DNA of 25,359 nt from Phycisphaerales bacterium (GTDB taxonomy: Bacteria; Planctomycetota; Phycisphaerae; Phycisphaerales; SM1A02). The notes beneath the pieces are model-generated. The model ran no database searches and was not told where the DNA came from. It saw only the letters and a program-made list of their open reading frames with translations. This document shows, piece after piece, positions 14,733-23,312 of this stretch; within the stretch, counting starts at the first letter, position 1; every line of letters starts with the position of its first letter. The stretch is from assembly GCA_046096165.1 (NCBI GenBank), contig JBJTJU010000091.1:1-25359 (forward strand). Reading direction: 5' to 3'. The position numbers and the translations under genes were made by a program.

Positions 14733-17693
14733 TCATCCGCAGAGGACGCGCGCGAGCACCTCGACGGGGTGCAGGGCCTCGCGCCCGGCGCCGTCGTGGA
14801 TCTGGTGGCGGCAGCTGGTGCCGGGCGCGCACACCGTGGCGTCGGCGCGCGCACGCACCGCCGGCAGGACGCCGAGCTCGCCGATGCGCATCGAGAGGTC
14901 GTAGCGCTCCTGCGTGAAGCCGAAGCTGCCGGCCATGCCGCAGCAGCCGGTCGCGAGCACCTCGAGGTCGGCGCCGAAGTAGCGCCGCAGGATGGCCGCG
15001 CTCGACTCCGCGCCCCACAGCGCCTTCTGGTGGCAGTGCGCGTGGAGCGCGATCCTGCCGGGCGCGAACGCGGGCTTCGCCGGCCGCGCCGGGTGCGCGT
15101 CCCAGCGGCGCTCCAGGAACTCCTCGACCAGGAAGCTCGTCCCCGCGAGCGCACGCAGGCGCGTGCGGTCGACCCCCATTCGGAGCTCGAGCCAGTCGTC
15201 GCGGATGGCGCTCATGCAGCTCGGTTCGCATCCGACCACGGCCACGGCGCCCGTGCGGTCGACGGCGGCCATCAGCGCCTCGGCGGTGGCGCGGCACTCG
15301 CGCGACGCCTCGGCGAGCATGCCGGTCGAGATGAGCGACCGGCCGCAGCAGCCGAGCTGCGGCAGCTCGACGCGGTAGCCGAACGACTCGAGCAGCTCGA
15401 TCGCGGCCTGCCCGACGCGCGGCTCGTTGTACATCGTGAAGCAGTCGGGGAACAGGATGACCGCCGGCGCCCCCGCCGGCGCACGGCTCCCCCGCCGCGC
15501 GTACCAGCGGTCGAGCGACTCGGCGTACGGCGGCATCGACCGGCGCGGGTCGATCCCGAGCACCCATGCCTGCACCGCGCGCACCACGGGCAGGCGGTTG
15601 GCCAGGTTCGCAAGCGGCCAGAGCCGCGAGAGCAGGCGGTTCGTGCCGCGCACGCGGCCGAAGGCGCGCGTGCGCAGCGGCACGCGGCCCGCGCGCGCGA
15701 AGCCCTGCGCGGCGTACTCGGCCTTGAGCTTCGAGATGTCGACGTTCGAGGGGCACTCGCTCTTGCAGGCCTTGCAGCTGAGGCACAGGGAGAGCGTCTC
15801 CTGCACCTCGGGGCTGTTCCAGTCGGGCGACCCGCCCTGCCCCAGCTGCCCGGTGATCGCCAGGCGCAGGTGGTTGGCGCGGCCGCGCGTCGAGTGGCGC
15901 TCGTCGAGCGTGGCCTGGTAGGAGGGGCACATGGTGACGGTGCCCTGCATCTTGCGGCAGAGGCCGGCGCCGTTGCACATCTCGACGGCGTGGCCGAAGC
16001 CATCCTCCTGCTCGTAGTCGAAGAAGGTCTCGACCTCGGGCACGGGCGCGGGACGGCCGCCGGGGGCGATGCGCAGGTCCTCGACCGGCATCTCCTCGCG
16101 GTCGACGTCGACCTTGATGCCCGGGTTCATGATGCCCTGCGGGTCCCAGATGGCCTTGATGGCCGCGAGCGCGCGGCAGATCGGCTCGCCGAAGTAGCGC
16201 TTCTGGAGCGCCGTGCGCGAGCGGCCCGAGCCGTGCTCGCCGCTCAGCGCCCCGCCATGACGAACGACGAGGTCGGTCACCTCCCGGCCGATCTCGACCA
16301 TGCGGCGGCGGTCGTCCGGGTCGGTGAGGGCGAGCATCGGGCGGATGTGCAGGCAGCCGACGCTCGCGTGCGCGTAGAAGCTTGCCCGCGTGCCGTGGCG
16401 CGCGAGGATCTCCTTGAACTCGCGGATGAAGCCCGGCAGCTTCGCCGGGTCGACCGCGGTGTCCTCGACGAACCCGAGCGGCTTGCGCACGCCCGGCACG
16501 CCGTGCAGGAGCGGCTCGCCCGCCTTGCGCAGCTTCCACGCCTCGGCCATGCGGCGGGCGTCGACGTACTGCTCCATGGGCTGCGCCGGCAGTCGGGCGC
16601 GCAGGTCGGCGAGCTTCGCGTCGACCTCCTGCGCCGACTGGCCGAAGTACTCGACGTACATGACGGCCCCGAGCGGGCTGCCCGCCGGGCGCGGCATCAG
16701 CTCGACGTAGGAGGCGTACTCGCGGTTCTCGCGGGCAAGGTCGATGATGACGTCGTCGATCAGCTCGACCGCGGCCGGGGCCGTCGCGATCATCGCGGCA
16801 AGCGCCGCCAGCGCGTCGTCCACCGTGGCGAAGCCCATGATCGCGAGGCCCTTCGCCTTCGGGGTGGGCACCAGCTTGACTTCGGCGCCGACCACCGTGC
16901 ACAGGGTGCCCTCGGAGCCGCACACGAGGTGGGCGAGGTTCACGCGGTCGAACGTGCCCGGCGTCGAGCGCTCGAGCTGGTCCAGGAAGAGGTCGAGGTT
17001 GTAGCCGTCGACGTGGCGGAGGATCCGCGGGAAGCGCGCGCGGATCTCCTCGCGCAGCGGCAGCACCACGTCACGCATGCGCTCGGCGATCCGCCGCTGC
17101 GCGGGGTCGCGCTCGCACGCACCCTCGGCCAGGCGGTGCACCGAGCCGTCGGCGAGCACCACGTCGAGGGCGTGGAGGTTCTCCACCGTGCGGCCGTACA
17201 TGATGCTGCGCATGCCGGCCGAGTTGTTGCCGATCGCGCCCCCGACCGCGTTGTGGGTCGAGGTGGCCGGGTCGGGCGCGAACATGAGCCCGAGCGGCGC
17301 CCGCTCCATGTTGAGGCGCTCGAGGACCACGCCCGGCTCGCCCCAGGCCCGGCGGCCCGCCGCGTCGCCCGAGGGCACGCGGCGGCAGTGGGCGCCGAGG
17401 TCCACCACCACCGCGGCGTTCACCGTCTGCCCGTTCAGGCTCGTGCCGCCGCCGCGCGGCAGCACGGGGACGCCGTGTCCCGCGCACCACTGCACCACGC
17501 GGACCGCCTCGTCCACGTCCTGCGGCACCACCGCCAGGAGCGGGTCGACCTGGTAGATGCTGGCGTCGGTGGCGTAGAGCAGGCGCTCCGCGCGCGAGAC
17601 CCGCACGTCCCGACAGCCAAGCGAGGCGAGCGCACCGGCGATCCGGGCGCGCGCCTCGCTGTGGCGACCGTCGAGCTGCGGGAGCGGGATCAC
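14733..17693 (-). CDS. FAD-binding and (Fe-S)-binding oxidoreductase (GlcD/GlcF-type fusion, YdiJ/Dld-II-like 2-hydroxyacid dehydrogenase)
   Basis: FAD-binding motifs RGGGTSLNGQ and FAPDPAT; SGEHGSG and NPGIK of the FAD-oxidase C-terminus; 4Fe-4S motifs CNGAGLC...CPSY and CLSCKACKSECP; CCG domains (GCCGRS, CCGMAGSFG). GTG 17693 overlaps the upstream TGA. Confidence 0.92.
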   Translation of the reverse strand: MIPLPQLDGRHSEARARIAGALASLGCRDVRVSRAERLLYATDASIYQVDPLLAVVPQDVDEAVRVVQWCAGHGVPVLPRGGGTSLNGQTVNAAVVVDLGAHCRRVPSGDAAGRRAWGEPGVVLERLNMERAPLGLMFAPDPATSTHNAVGGAIGNNSAGMRSIMYGRTVENLHALDVVLADGSVHRLAEGACERDPAQRRIAERMRDVVLPLREEIRARFPRILRHVDGYNLDLFLDQLERSTPGTFDRVNLAHLVCGSEGTLCTVVGAEVKLVPTPKAKGLAIMGFATVDDALAALAAMIATAPAAVELIDDVIIDLARENREYASYVELMPRPAGSPLGAVMYVEYFGQSAQEVDAKLADLRARLPAQPMEQYVDARRMAEAWKLRKAGEPLLHGVPGVRKPLGFVEDTAVDPAKLPGFIREFKEILARHGTRASFYAHASVGCLHIRPMLALTDPDDRRRMVEIGREVTDLVVRHGGALSGEHGSGRSRTALQKRYFGEPICRALAAIKAIWDPQGIMNPGIKVDVDREEMPVEDLRIAPGGRPAPVPEVETFFDYEQEDGFGHAVEMCNGAGLCRKMQGTVTMCPSYQATLDERHSTRGRANHLRLAITGQLGQGGSPDWNSPEVQETLSLCLSCKACKSECPSNVDISKLKAEYAAQGFARAGRVPLRTRAFGRVRGTNRLLSRLWPLANLANRLPVVRAVQAWVLGIDPRRSMPPYAESLDRWYARRGSRAPAGAPAVILFPDCFTMYNEPRVGQAAIELLESFGYRVELPQLGCCGRSLISTGMLAEASRECRATAEALMAAVDRTGAVAVVGCEPSCMSAIRDDWLELRMGVDRTRLRALAGTSFLVEEFLERRWDAHPARPAKPAFAPGRIALHAHCHQKALWGAESSAAILRRYFGADLEVLATGCCGMAGSFGFTQERYDLSMRIGELGVLPAVRARADATVCAPGTSCRHQIHDGAGREALHPVEVLARVLCG

Positions 17694-18997
17694 TTCGCGC
17701 CGAGTGCCTTGTTCACCTCGGCCGTGAGCATCGCGCCCATGTCGGCGCTGTAGCCCATGTGCGAGGAGACCAGCTTGCCGTCGGGACCGATCACGATGCA
17801 GGCGGGGATGCCCTTGAAGCCGTACTGCTCGATGAGCTTCGCCTCGGGGTCGAGGGCGACCTGCATCGAGTACTTCTGCTTCTCCCACCACTCGCCGACC
17901 TTCTTGCGCAGGGCCTCGCCCTTCTCCTGCTCCCAGACGTTGACCGGGAGCACGACGACCTTGTCGTTGGACTTCATGTCGTCGGCGAACTTCTGCAGGA
18001 GCGGAAGACCCTTGCGGCACGGCCCGCACCAGGTGGCCCAGAAGTCGATGACCACGACCTTGCCCTTCATCGCGGCGAGGTCGATCGTCTTGCCGTCGAG
18101 CGTCTCGAGCATCGAGACGGGCGCAACGTCGCCGACCTTGACCTTGGTCTCGGGCTCCTCGGCCTCGGGCGGTGCGGCGAAGAGTTCCTCGACGCCGGAC
18201 GCCGCGGTGCGGGTGCCGGCGCTGAAGGCGATCGGGGCCTTCGGGGCGCCCAGAACCGGGTTGAGCGCCACGTCGAAGCCGATCTTGAACTCCGCGGGCA
18301 GGCCTTCCGGCGTGAACACGACGGAGACGCCCTTCACCATGCTCGACTTCGGGTCGAGGCTCACCACGCCGTCGGCGCCGTTGGTGCCGATCAGCACTTC
18401 CTGCATGCCGTTGCGCTCGCGGAAGCCCTTGACGGCCATGCCTTCCATCCCGCCGAGGGCGAAGGCCTCGACCACCGGGCGGCCCGGCAGCGGCTGGCGC
18501 AGCGCCAGGTCCGGCGCCGGCAGCGAGAACCCGGGCAGCAGCTCGCCCAGGGTGGCGTGCGCGTTGGTGGCGATCTTCTTGGTGAGGTACTTGTCGGCCG
18601 GCTGGTCGGGCACGAAGTAGACGCTGTCGCCGACGGCCATGATCTGCAGGCTGCCCATGCGCACGTCCATGTCGTTGCCCTTGCCGAAGGCCATCTCGAT
18701 GGTCTCGTTCTGCTCGCCGTCGGGCATGCGCACCGTGATGGCGGCGCGGTCGGTCATCTCGGGCGCGGCCTGGTAGGCCTTCTGCGCGGCATCAAGCGCC
18801 GCGGTGCCCTTGGCCACCTGGTCGGCGCCCTTCTCGGCGTCGGTCCATCCCTCGGCGGGGCTCTTCACGGCGGGCTTCGGAGCGGCGGCCGGCATGAGGG
18901 GCATGCCACGGACGGGCGGGACGGCGCCGTCCTGCGCGAGGACCGGGGCGGAGAGGGCGAGGACGAGGCCGGCGGCGGCCGTGACGTGGGTGCGCAT
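17690..18997 (-). CDS. Exported TlpA-family thiol-disulfide oxidoreductase with an N-terminal ~270-aa extra domain (possibly LolA-like/DUF2092)
   Basis: Signal peptide MRTHVTAAAGLVLALSAPVLA and a C-terminal redoxin domain (GKVVVIDFWATWCGPC...GIPACIVIGPDGK). SD AGGAG at 19003-19007 (minus). Confidence 0.88.
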   Translation of the reverse strand: MRTHVTAAAGLVLALSAPVLAQDGAVPPVRGMPLMPAAAPKPAVKSPAEGWTDAEKGADQVAKGTAALDAAQKAYQAAPEMTDRAAITVRMPDGEQNETIEMAFGKGNDMDVRMGSLQIMAVGDSVYFVPDQPADKYLTKKIATNAHATLGELLPGFSLPAPDLALRQPLPGRPVVEAFALGGMEGMAVKGFRERNGMQEVLIGTNGADGVVSLDPKSSMVKGVSVVFTPEGLPAEFKIGFDVALNPVLGAPKAPIAFSAGTRTAASGVEELFAAPPEAEEPETKVKVGDVAPVSMLETLDGKTIDLAAMKGKVVVIDFWATWCGPCRKGLPLLQKFADDMKSNDKVVVLPVNVWEQEKGEALRKKVGEWWEKQKYSMQVALDPEAKLIEQYGFKGIPACIVIGPDGKLVSSHMGYSADMGAMLTAEVNKALGAK

Positions 18998-19002
18998 GGA
19001 GG

Positions 19003-19063
19003 CTCCTGGCAGCGAGTCCCGCGGGCGGTCACGTCCGCGCGCCGGGCTCGGCGGGAAAGTGTA
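19003..19063 (-). promoter_or_regulatory. Putative internal promoter (-10 TACACT, 19058-19063, inside the folK 3' end) and SD AGGAG (19003-19007) for the TlpA gene
   Basis: TACACT is a near-consensus -10 and an AT-rich spot in a GC-rich CDS. The SD lies 5 nt before the ATG. Confidence 0.5.
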
Positions 19064-19568
19064 CGCACGCCGCGGCCGCCGCATGGGCAACCGACGGGGC
19101 CAGTTCCGCCAGCGGTTCCAGCACGAACGCCCGCGCATGCATGCGCGGGTGCGGCACCGTGAGCCCGGGGACGTCGATCGCCGCCGGGCCGCCCGGCACC
19201 GCATCGCCCCATGCCAGGAGGTCAAGGTCGAGCGTGCGCGGGCCGAAGCGCACCTCCTGGGTGCGGTCGCGGCCGCGCTCGCGTTCGATGGCCAGGAGCG
19301 CCAGGAGCAAGGCACGCGGCGCGAGCGTCGTCTCGACCTCGGCGACGGCGTTCAGGTACGGCCCCTGCCCCGGCGGGCCGACGGGATCGGTCTCGCGGAC
19401 GGACGATCGGCGCACGCGCTGCACGCCCGGGACGCGTGCGATGGCCTCGAACGCATGCGCGAGGTGCGCGTCACGGTCGCCGACGTTGGAGCCAAGCGCG
19501 ACCCACGCCACCACGGGCGCGCACGGCGGCGCATCCGGATCGATCGGCCGCGGCGCGGGCCGGCTCAC
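19029..19568 (-). CDS. folK: 2-amino-4-hydroxy-6-hydroxymethyldihydropteridine diphosphokinase (HPPK)
   Basis: ALGSNVGDR, SSVRETDPVG, YLNAV, GPRTLDLDLL and LTVPHPRMHARAFVLEPLAEL. GTG 19568 overlaps the cinA TGA. Confidence 0.95.
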   Translation of the reverse strand: MSRPAPRPIDPDAPPCAPVVAWVALGSNVGDRDAHLAHAFEAIARVPGVQRVRRSSVRETDPVGPPGQGPYLNAVAEVETTLAPRALLLALLAIERERGRDRTQEVRFGPRTLDLDLLAWGDAVPGGPAAIDVPGLTVPHPRMHARAFVLEPLAELAPSVAHAAAAACVHFPAEPGART

Positions 19569-20839
19569 GCGCGCTCCCAGATGAGCGGCGCGTCCTCCCC
19601 GCGGAGCGTCCACCGCGCCAGCTGGAGCGCCGCCTTCGCGGCACGGTCGCGCACGATGTCGCGCGGACCGGGGAACTCGAAGCGGCGTGCGCGCGTCTCG
19701 CCGGTGGAGGCATCGTGCACGGCAATCCACACGGTGCCGACGGGCTTTCCCTCGACCGCGCCGCCCGGCCCCGCAATGCCGCTCACCGCGATGCCGAGCG
19801 TGGCGCCGGCGCGCGTGCACGCACCCGCCGCCATCGCCGCGACCGTCTCCGCGCTGACCGCCCCGTGGCGCGCGAGCACCTCGGGCGCCACGCCGACCTC
19901 CGAGGTCTTGAGCGCGTTCGAATAGGTGATCCACCCGCCGGGGAAGCAGTCGCTCGAGCCGGCGACCGCGGTGAGCATGCCGCCGATCAGGCCGCCCGTG
20001 CAGCTCTCGGCGACCGTGACCGTGCGGCGCCGCGCGCGGCATTCATCGAGGAGGGCCGAGGCAAGCGATGCACCGTCCGTGCCGAAGGCGTAGGGCGCGG
20101 CGATCGAGGCACATGCCTCCGCCTCCTCGGCCGCACGCCGCGGGGCGTCGGGGCCGCGCGCCACCACCTGGATCGAGACGATGGAGCCGCTCGCCGTCGT
20201 GCCGACTGCCGGCTCGCGGTCGCGGGCCATGCGCGCACCGAGGCGCTCGGCGAGCGAGCTCTCGCCCATGCCGTAGGTGCCGACGGTGCACTTCGCAAGG
20301 GCCGGCGCCCCCGCGGGCCGCACCGCCGGCAGCACGTCGCCTTCGAGCATCGGCACCATCTCGCGCGGCGGCCCGGGCAGGCACCACGTGCGGCATGCGC
20401 CGATGGCCGCGGCTAGCCCGGGCGCGGTCCCGCCCGGGTTGCGGATCGCGCGTGCGCCGCGCGGACGCATCGCCTGGCGCAGGTTGATGGCCGCCATCGT
20501 GCGGCCGCGGCCGGCAAACCATGCCTCGAGGTCGGCGCGCGACTGCGGGTCCTCGACCATGGGCGCGCCGCCGTCGCAGAGGTCATTCAGCGCATCGCGC
20601 GTCAGGTCGTCGTCGGTCGGGCCGAGGCCGCCCGTCGAGACGAGGACCGCGCACCCCGCGGCGAGATCGCGCATGGCGGCCGCGATCGCGGCGCGGTCGT
20701 CGCGCACGGTACGGTGCTCGACGACGTCGAGGCCCGCCTCGCGCAGCGCCTCCGACACCGTGCGCCCGTTGGTGTCGAGCGTGGTGCCGAGGACGAGTTC
20801 GTCGCCGATCGAGAGGACCGCGGCGCGGGGAGCAGTCAT
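19565..20839 (-). CDS. cinA: Competence/damage-inducible protein CinA (MocF-like domain plus PncC NMN deamidase domain)
   Basis: LSIGDELVLGTTLDTN, STGGLGPTDDDLTR, NPGGTAPG and LPGPPREM, then PncC motifs AESCTGG, GAVSAETVAAMA and GIAGPGG...KPVGTVWIA. ATG 20839 overlaps the upstream TGA. Confidence 0.94.
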   Translation of the reverse strand: MTAPRAAVLSIGDELVLGTTLDTNGRTVSEALREAGLDVVEHRTVRDDRAAIAAAMRDLAAGCAVLVSTGGLGPTDDDLTRDALNDLCDGGAPMVEDPQSRADLEAWFAGRGRTMAAINLRQAMRPRGARAIRNPGGTAPGLAAAIGACRTWCLPGPPREMVPMLEGDVLPAVRPAGAPALAKCTVGTYGMGESSLAERLGARMARDREPAVGTTASGSIVSIQVVARGPDAPRRAAEEAEACASIAAPYAFGTDGASLASALLDECRARRRTVTVAESCTGGLIGGMLTAVAGSSDCFPGGWITYSNALKTSEVGVAPEVLARHGAVSAETVAAMAAGACTRAGATLGIAVSGIAGPGGAVEGKPVGTVWIAVHDASTGETRARRFEFPGPRDIVRDRAAKAALQLARWTLRGEDAPLIWERA

Positions 20840-22386
20840 CCGCCGGTCTCCCGCGAGATCGCGATCACCTCGCGCATGCGCGCGGCGACCTGCTCGGCGA
20901 ACATGCGGCGCAGGACGTCCGCGGGCGAGTCGAGCCGGTTCCAGAGGCCGGCGTCGGCCCACTTCCCGCGCAGCCAGCCGTCGCGCACGGCGGCGAGGTT
21001 CGCGGGGGTGTCGAGGACGAGCGTCGCCCCGCCGGGCGCGGGCACCGCGGGCATCGCGTCGAAGGCCTCGAGCATGCGGCGAAGCTGCGGGTCGCGCGCC
21101 TCGTCGGCGCGCAGGACCGTGCCGTCGCGCGGGTACGCCGGGTGCGCCGCCACCGCGGCCCAGGCCTCGCGGGCCAGCGACCGGCAGTCGATCGCCATCG
21201 CCACGAAGAGGGGCGCCACGAAGCTCCGAACGTTCGGGTCCGGGTTCGGGATCGCCCGCGCGATCTGCCACGGGTCGACCTGGTCGATGAACCGCGCGCG
21301 GTCCGCCGCGTGCACGGCGCGGCTCGCCGGGATGCGGCGCAACGCGTGCATCCGAGGGCCGCCCTCGGCGCCGACCGGGTACTGCCAGAGGCGCTGGCCT
21401 TCCGGGGACAGGACGAACTCGATGAAGCGGCGCGCCGTCTCCGGGTGCGGCGCACCTCGCAGCATGGCGATCGGGTCGGGGTCGATCGCCGTCATGCCGA
21501 CCGGGTCCATGTAGCCCACGCGGTCGGGCGAACCGCCGTCGGCCACCACCTGCTGCTGGTAGCGGCCGTAGAAGTCGATGCAGAGGGCGATCGCGGCCTC
21601 GCCCTGCGAGACCTCGATGGGTGCGCGCGTGGCGCTGGCCGACACGCTGCGCGCGTTGGCCGCGGCGCGGCGGAGGATCGCCCATCCGCGCAGCCACCCC
21701 TCGCGGTGCAGGATGGTCTCCATGGCGGTGGCGACGCTGCCGCTCTGCGCCGGGTTCACCATCGCCACCTGGCCCTGAAGCCGCGGGTCGGCAAGTGACG
21801 CCCAGCCCGCGGGTGCCGGCACGCCGAGGCGGTCGAGCGACTCGCGGTTCCACACGATGCCGAAGGCGCTGAGCGCCGCGCCGAACCAGTAGCCGTCCGG
21901 GTCGCGCATCGGCCGGCCGCCGACGTCGTTGTCGCCGTAGACCGAGGCGAGGAACGCGGGATCGAGCTCGACCGGCGCAAGCACCGACGCCGAGCGGCGC
22001 TCGCCGCGCACCTCGACCGACATCGGCTTCTTCAGCTGCTCGAACTCGTAGGTGCCGCCGCCGAAGAAGAGGTCGGCGCTGCCGCCCACGGGCACGCCGT
22101 CGCGCAGCGCGGCGACGGTGCTTGCCTCCAGGATCTTCCGGATCTCGCTGGTGCCGCCGGGGGTGTTCCAGATGACGCCGGCGGGGGCGCCGAAGCGCGC
22201 CTGGTGCCAGCGCGCGAAGCCGTCGCCGAACTCCTGGCGGATCTGCTCGTTGTGCGGCGTGATGACGATCACCTTGGCGGCACTGGGCGGCGGCACCGCG
22301 ACGTCGCGGCGCGCGATCACCGGCACCGCAACGAGCGCCGCAAGCAGCGCGCCCAGGAACGCGCCGAGCGCCCAGCCGCCCTTCAT
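20836..22386 (-). CDS. ABC transporter extracellular solute-binding protein (Fe3+/AfuA-FbpA-like cluster), N-terminal membrane anchor
   Basis: N-terminal hydrophobic anchor, then VITPHNEQIRQEF, ADLFFGGG, PAGWASLADP, NPAQSGS and DPDPIAMLRGAPHPETARRFIEFVLSPEGQ. ATG 22386 overlaps the pyrF TGA. Ligand is uncertain. Confidence 0.82.
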   Translation of the reverse strand: MKGGWALGAFLGALLAALVAVPVIARRDVAVPPPSAAKVIVITPHNEQIRQEFGDGFARWHQARFGAPAGVIWNTPGGTSEIRKILEASTVAALRDGVPVGGSADLFFGGGTYEFEQLKKPMSVEVRGERRSASVLAPVELDPAFLASVYGDNDVGGRPMRDPDGYWFGAALSAFGIVWNRESLDRLGVPAPAGWASLADPRLQGQVAMVNPAQSGSVATAMETILHREGWLRGWAILRRAAANARSVSASATRAPIEVSQGEAAIALCIDFYGRYQQQVVADGGSPDRVGYMDPVGMTAIDPDPIAMLRGAPHPETARRFIEFVLSPEGQRLWQYPVGAEGGPRMHALRRIPASRAVHAADRARFIDQVDPWQIARAIPNPDPNVRSFVAPLFVAMAIDCRSLAREAWAAVAAHPAYPRDGTVLRADEARDPQLRRMLEAFDAMPAVPAPGGATLVLDTPANLAAVRDGWLRGKWADAGLWNRLDSPADVLRRMFAEQVAARMREVIAISRETGG

Positions 22387-23258
22387 GCCCGCACCCCGAG
22401 GCCGGCGGAGATCTCGTCGCGGAAGCGCTCGGCCGCGCGGCGCACCGCGCCGGTCCAGTCGCGCTCGCCCGCGTCGAAGGCGTAGATCACCGAGCGGCTG
22501 GCGGTGACGAGCGCCCCGCGCCCGTCGGCATGGAAGCACGGCAGCACGTCGTCGACGCCCCCGCCCTGCGCCCCGTAGCCCGGCACCAGGAAGGGCTGTG
22601 CCGGCATGCGCGCCCGCAGCGCCGCGGCATCGGCGCGCGTGGTGGCGCCGACCACGGCCCCGAGGGCGCTGAAGCCGCCCCCGCCGACATGCGTTGCTCC
22701 CGCCGCGGCCACCAGGTCCGCGACCGCTTCCGACACCGTGCGGCCGTCGGCGAGGCGAAGCGACTGCAGCGCGTCGCCCGAGGGGTTCGACGTGCGCACC
22801 AGCGCGAACGCACCGTGGCCCGGCGCCAGGAACGGCGTGATCGAGTCGGTGCCGAGGTACGCGCTCACCGTGGTCCAGTCGGCGGCGAACGGCCCGCGCG
22901 CCGAGGCGGCGTAGTGGTCGGCGCTGACGCCGATGTCGCCGCGCTTGAAGTCGAGGATCACCTCGAACCCCGCGGCCGCGGCGTGCGAGAGGACGCGCGC
23001 GATCGCGGCCGCGCCGGCCGGGCCGTGTCGCTCGAAGCAGGCGGCCTGCACCTTGACCGCGGGCGCAATGCCGCGCACGGCGTCGAGGACGCCGATCGAG
23101 AAGCGCTCGACCGCCTCGGCCGCGGCCGCGTCGCCCGATGCGGGCCGCAGCGACGCCGGCAGCTTCTCGGCGACGGGATCGAGCCCGACGCAGATGGGCG
23201 CCCCCGCGCGCGCGATGCGGTCGAGGAGTCGGTCGGCGGCGTGTCCGGCATCGGCCAT
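22383..23258 (-). CDS. pyrF: Orotidine-5'-phosphate decarboxylase (subfamily 2)
   Basis: CVGLDP, KVQAACFE, catalytic ILDFKRGDIG (DxKxxDI), LVRTSNP, GAVVGAT, LVPGYGAQGG and SRSVIYA. Confidence 0.95.
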   Translation of the reverse strand: MADAGHAADRLLDRIARAGAPICVGLDPVAEKLPASLRPASGDAAAAEAVERFSIGVLDAVRGIAPAVKVQAACFERHGPAGAAAIARVLSHAAAAGFEVILDFKRGDIGVSADHYAASARGPFAADWTTVSAYLGTDSITPFLAPGHGAFALVRTSNPSGDALQSLRLADGRTVSEAVADLVAAAGATHVGGGGFSALGAVVGATTRADAAALRARMPAQPFLVPGYGAQGGGVDDVLPCFHADGRGALVTASRSVIYAFDAGERDWTGAVRRAAERFRDEISAGLGVRA

Positions 23259-23267
23259 GGGCGCGCG

Positions 23268-23305
23268 AGTCTAGGGTCCGGCGGCCACCGGGCCAGACCT
23301 AGACT
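23268..23305. promoter_or_regulatory. Symmetric divergent promoter: back-to-back TAGACT boxes forming the inverted repeat AGTCTAGG-N22-CCTAGACT
   Basis: The minus-strand TAGACT (23268-23273) is 9 nt before the pyrF ATG. The plus-strand TAGACT (23300-23305) is 7 nt before the DUF971 ATG at 23313. Confidence 0.65.
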
Positions 23306-23312
23306 GCCCGCG

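Noticed and set aside
14592-17753. 1053-aa plus-strand ORF antisense to the FAD/Fe-S oxidoreductase, and similar long shadow ORFs (609..1625, 2559..3893, 5149..7776, 6812..9157, 10311..12137, 17759..19162, 20521..21798)
   Set aside because: They lie antisense or off-frame to well-supported genes, have low-complexity R/A/G/P-rich translations and no motifs. Such ORFs are expected when stops are rare in very GC-rich DNA.
17690-22539. Extended starts in the ORF track (18029, 19315, 20042, 21853, 22539; also 4661, 7094, 8419, 10357, 15154, 22530, 23384, 23890)
   Set aside because: The extensions overlap neighbouring genes in other frames. Shorter starts are supported by ATGA/GTGA overlaps, SD or -10 boxes, and domain boundaries.
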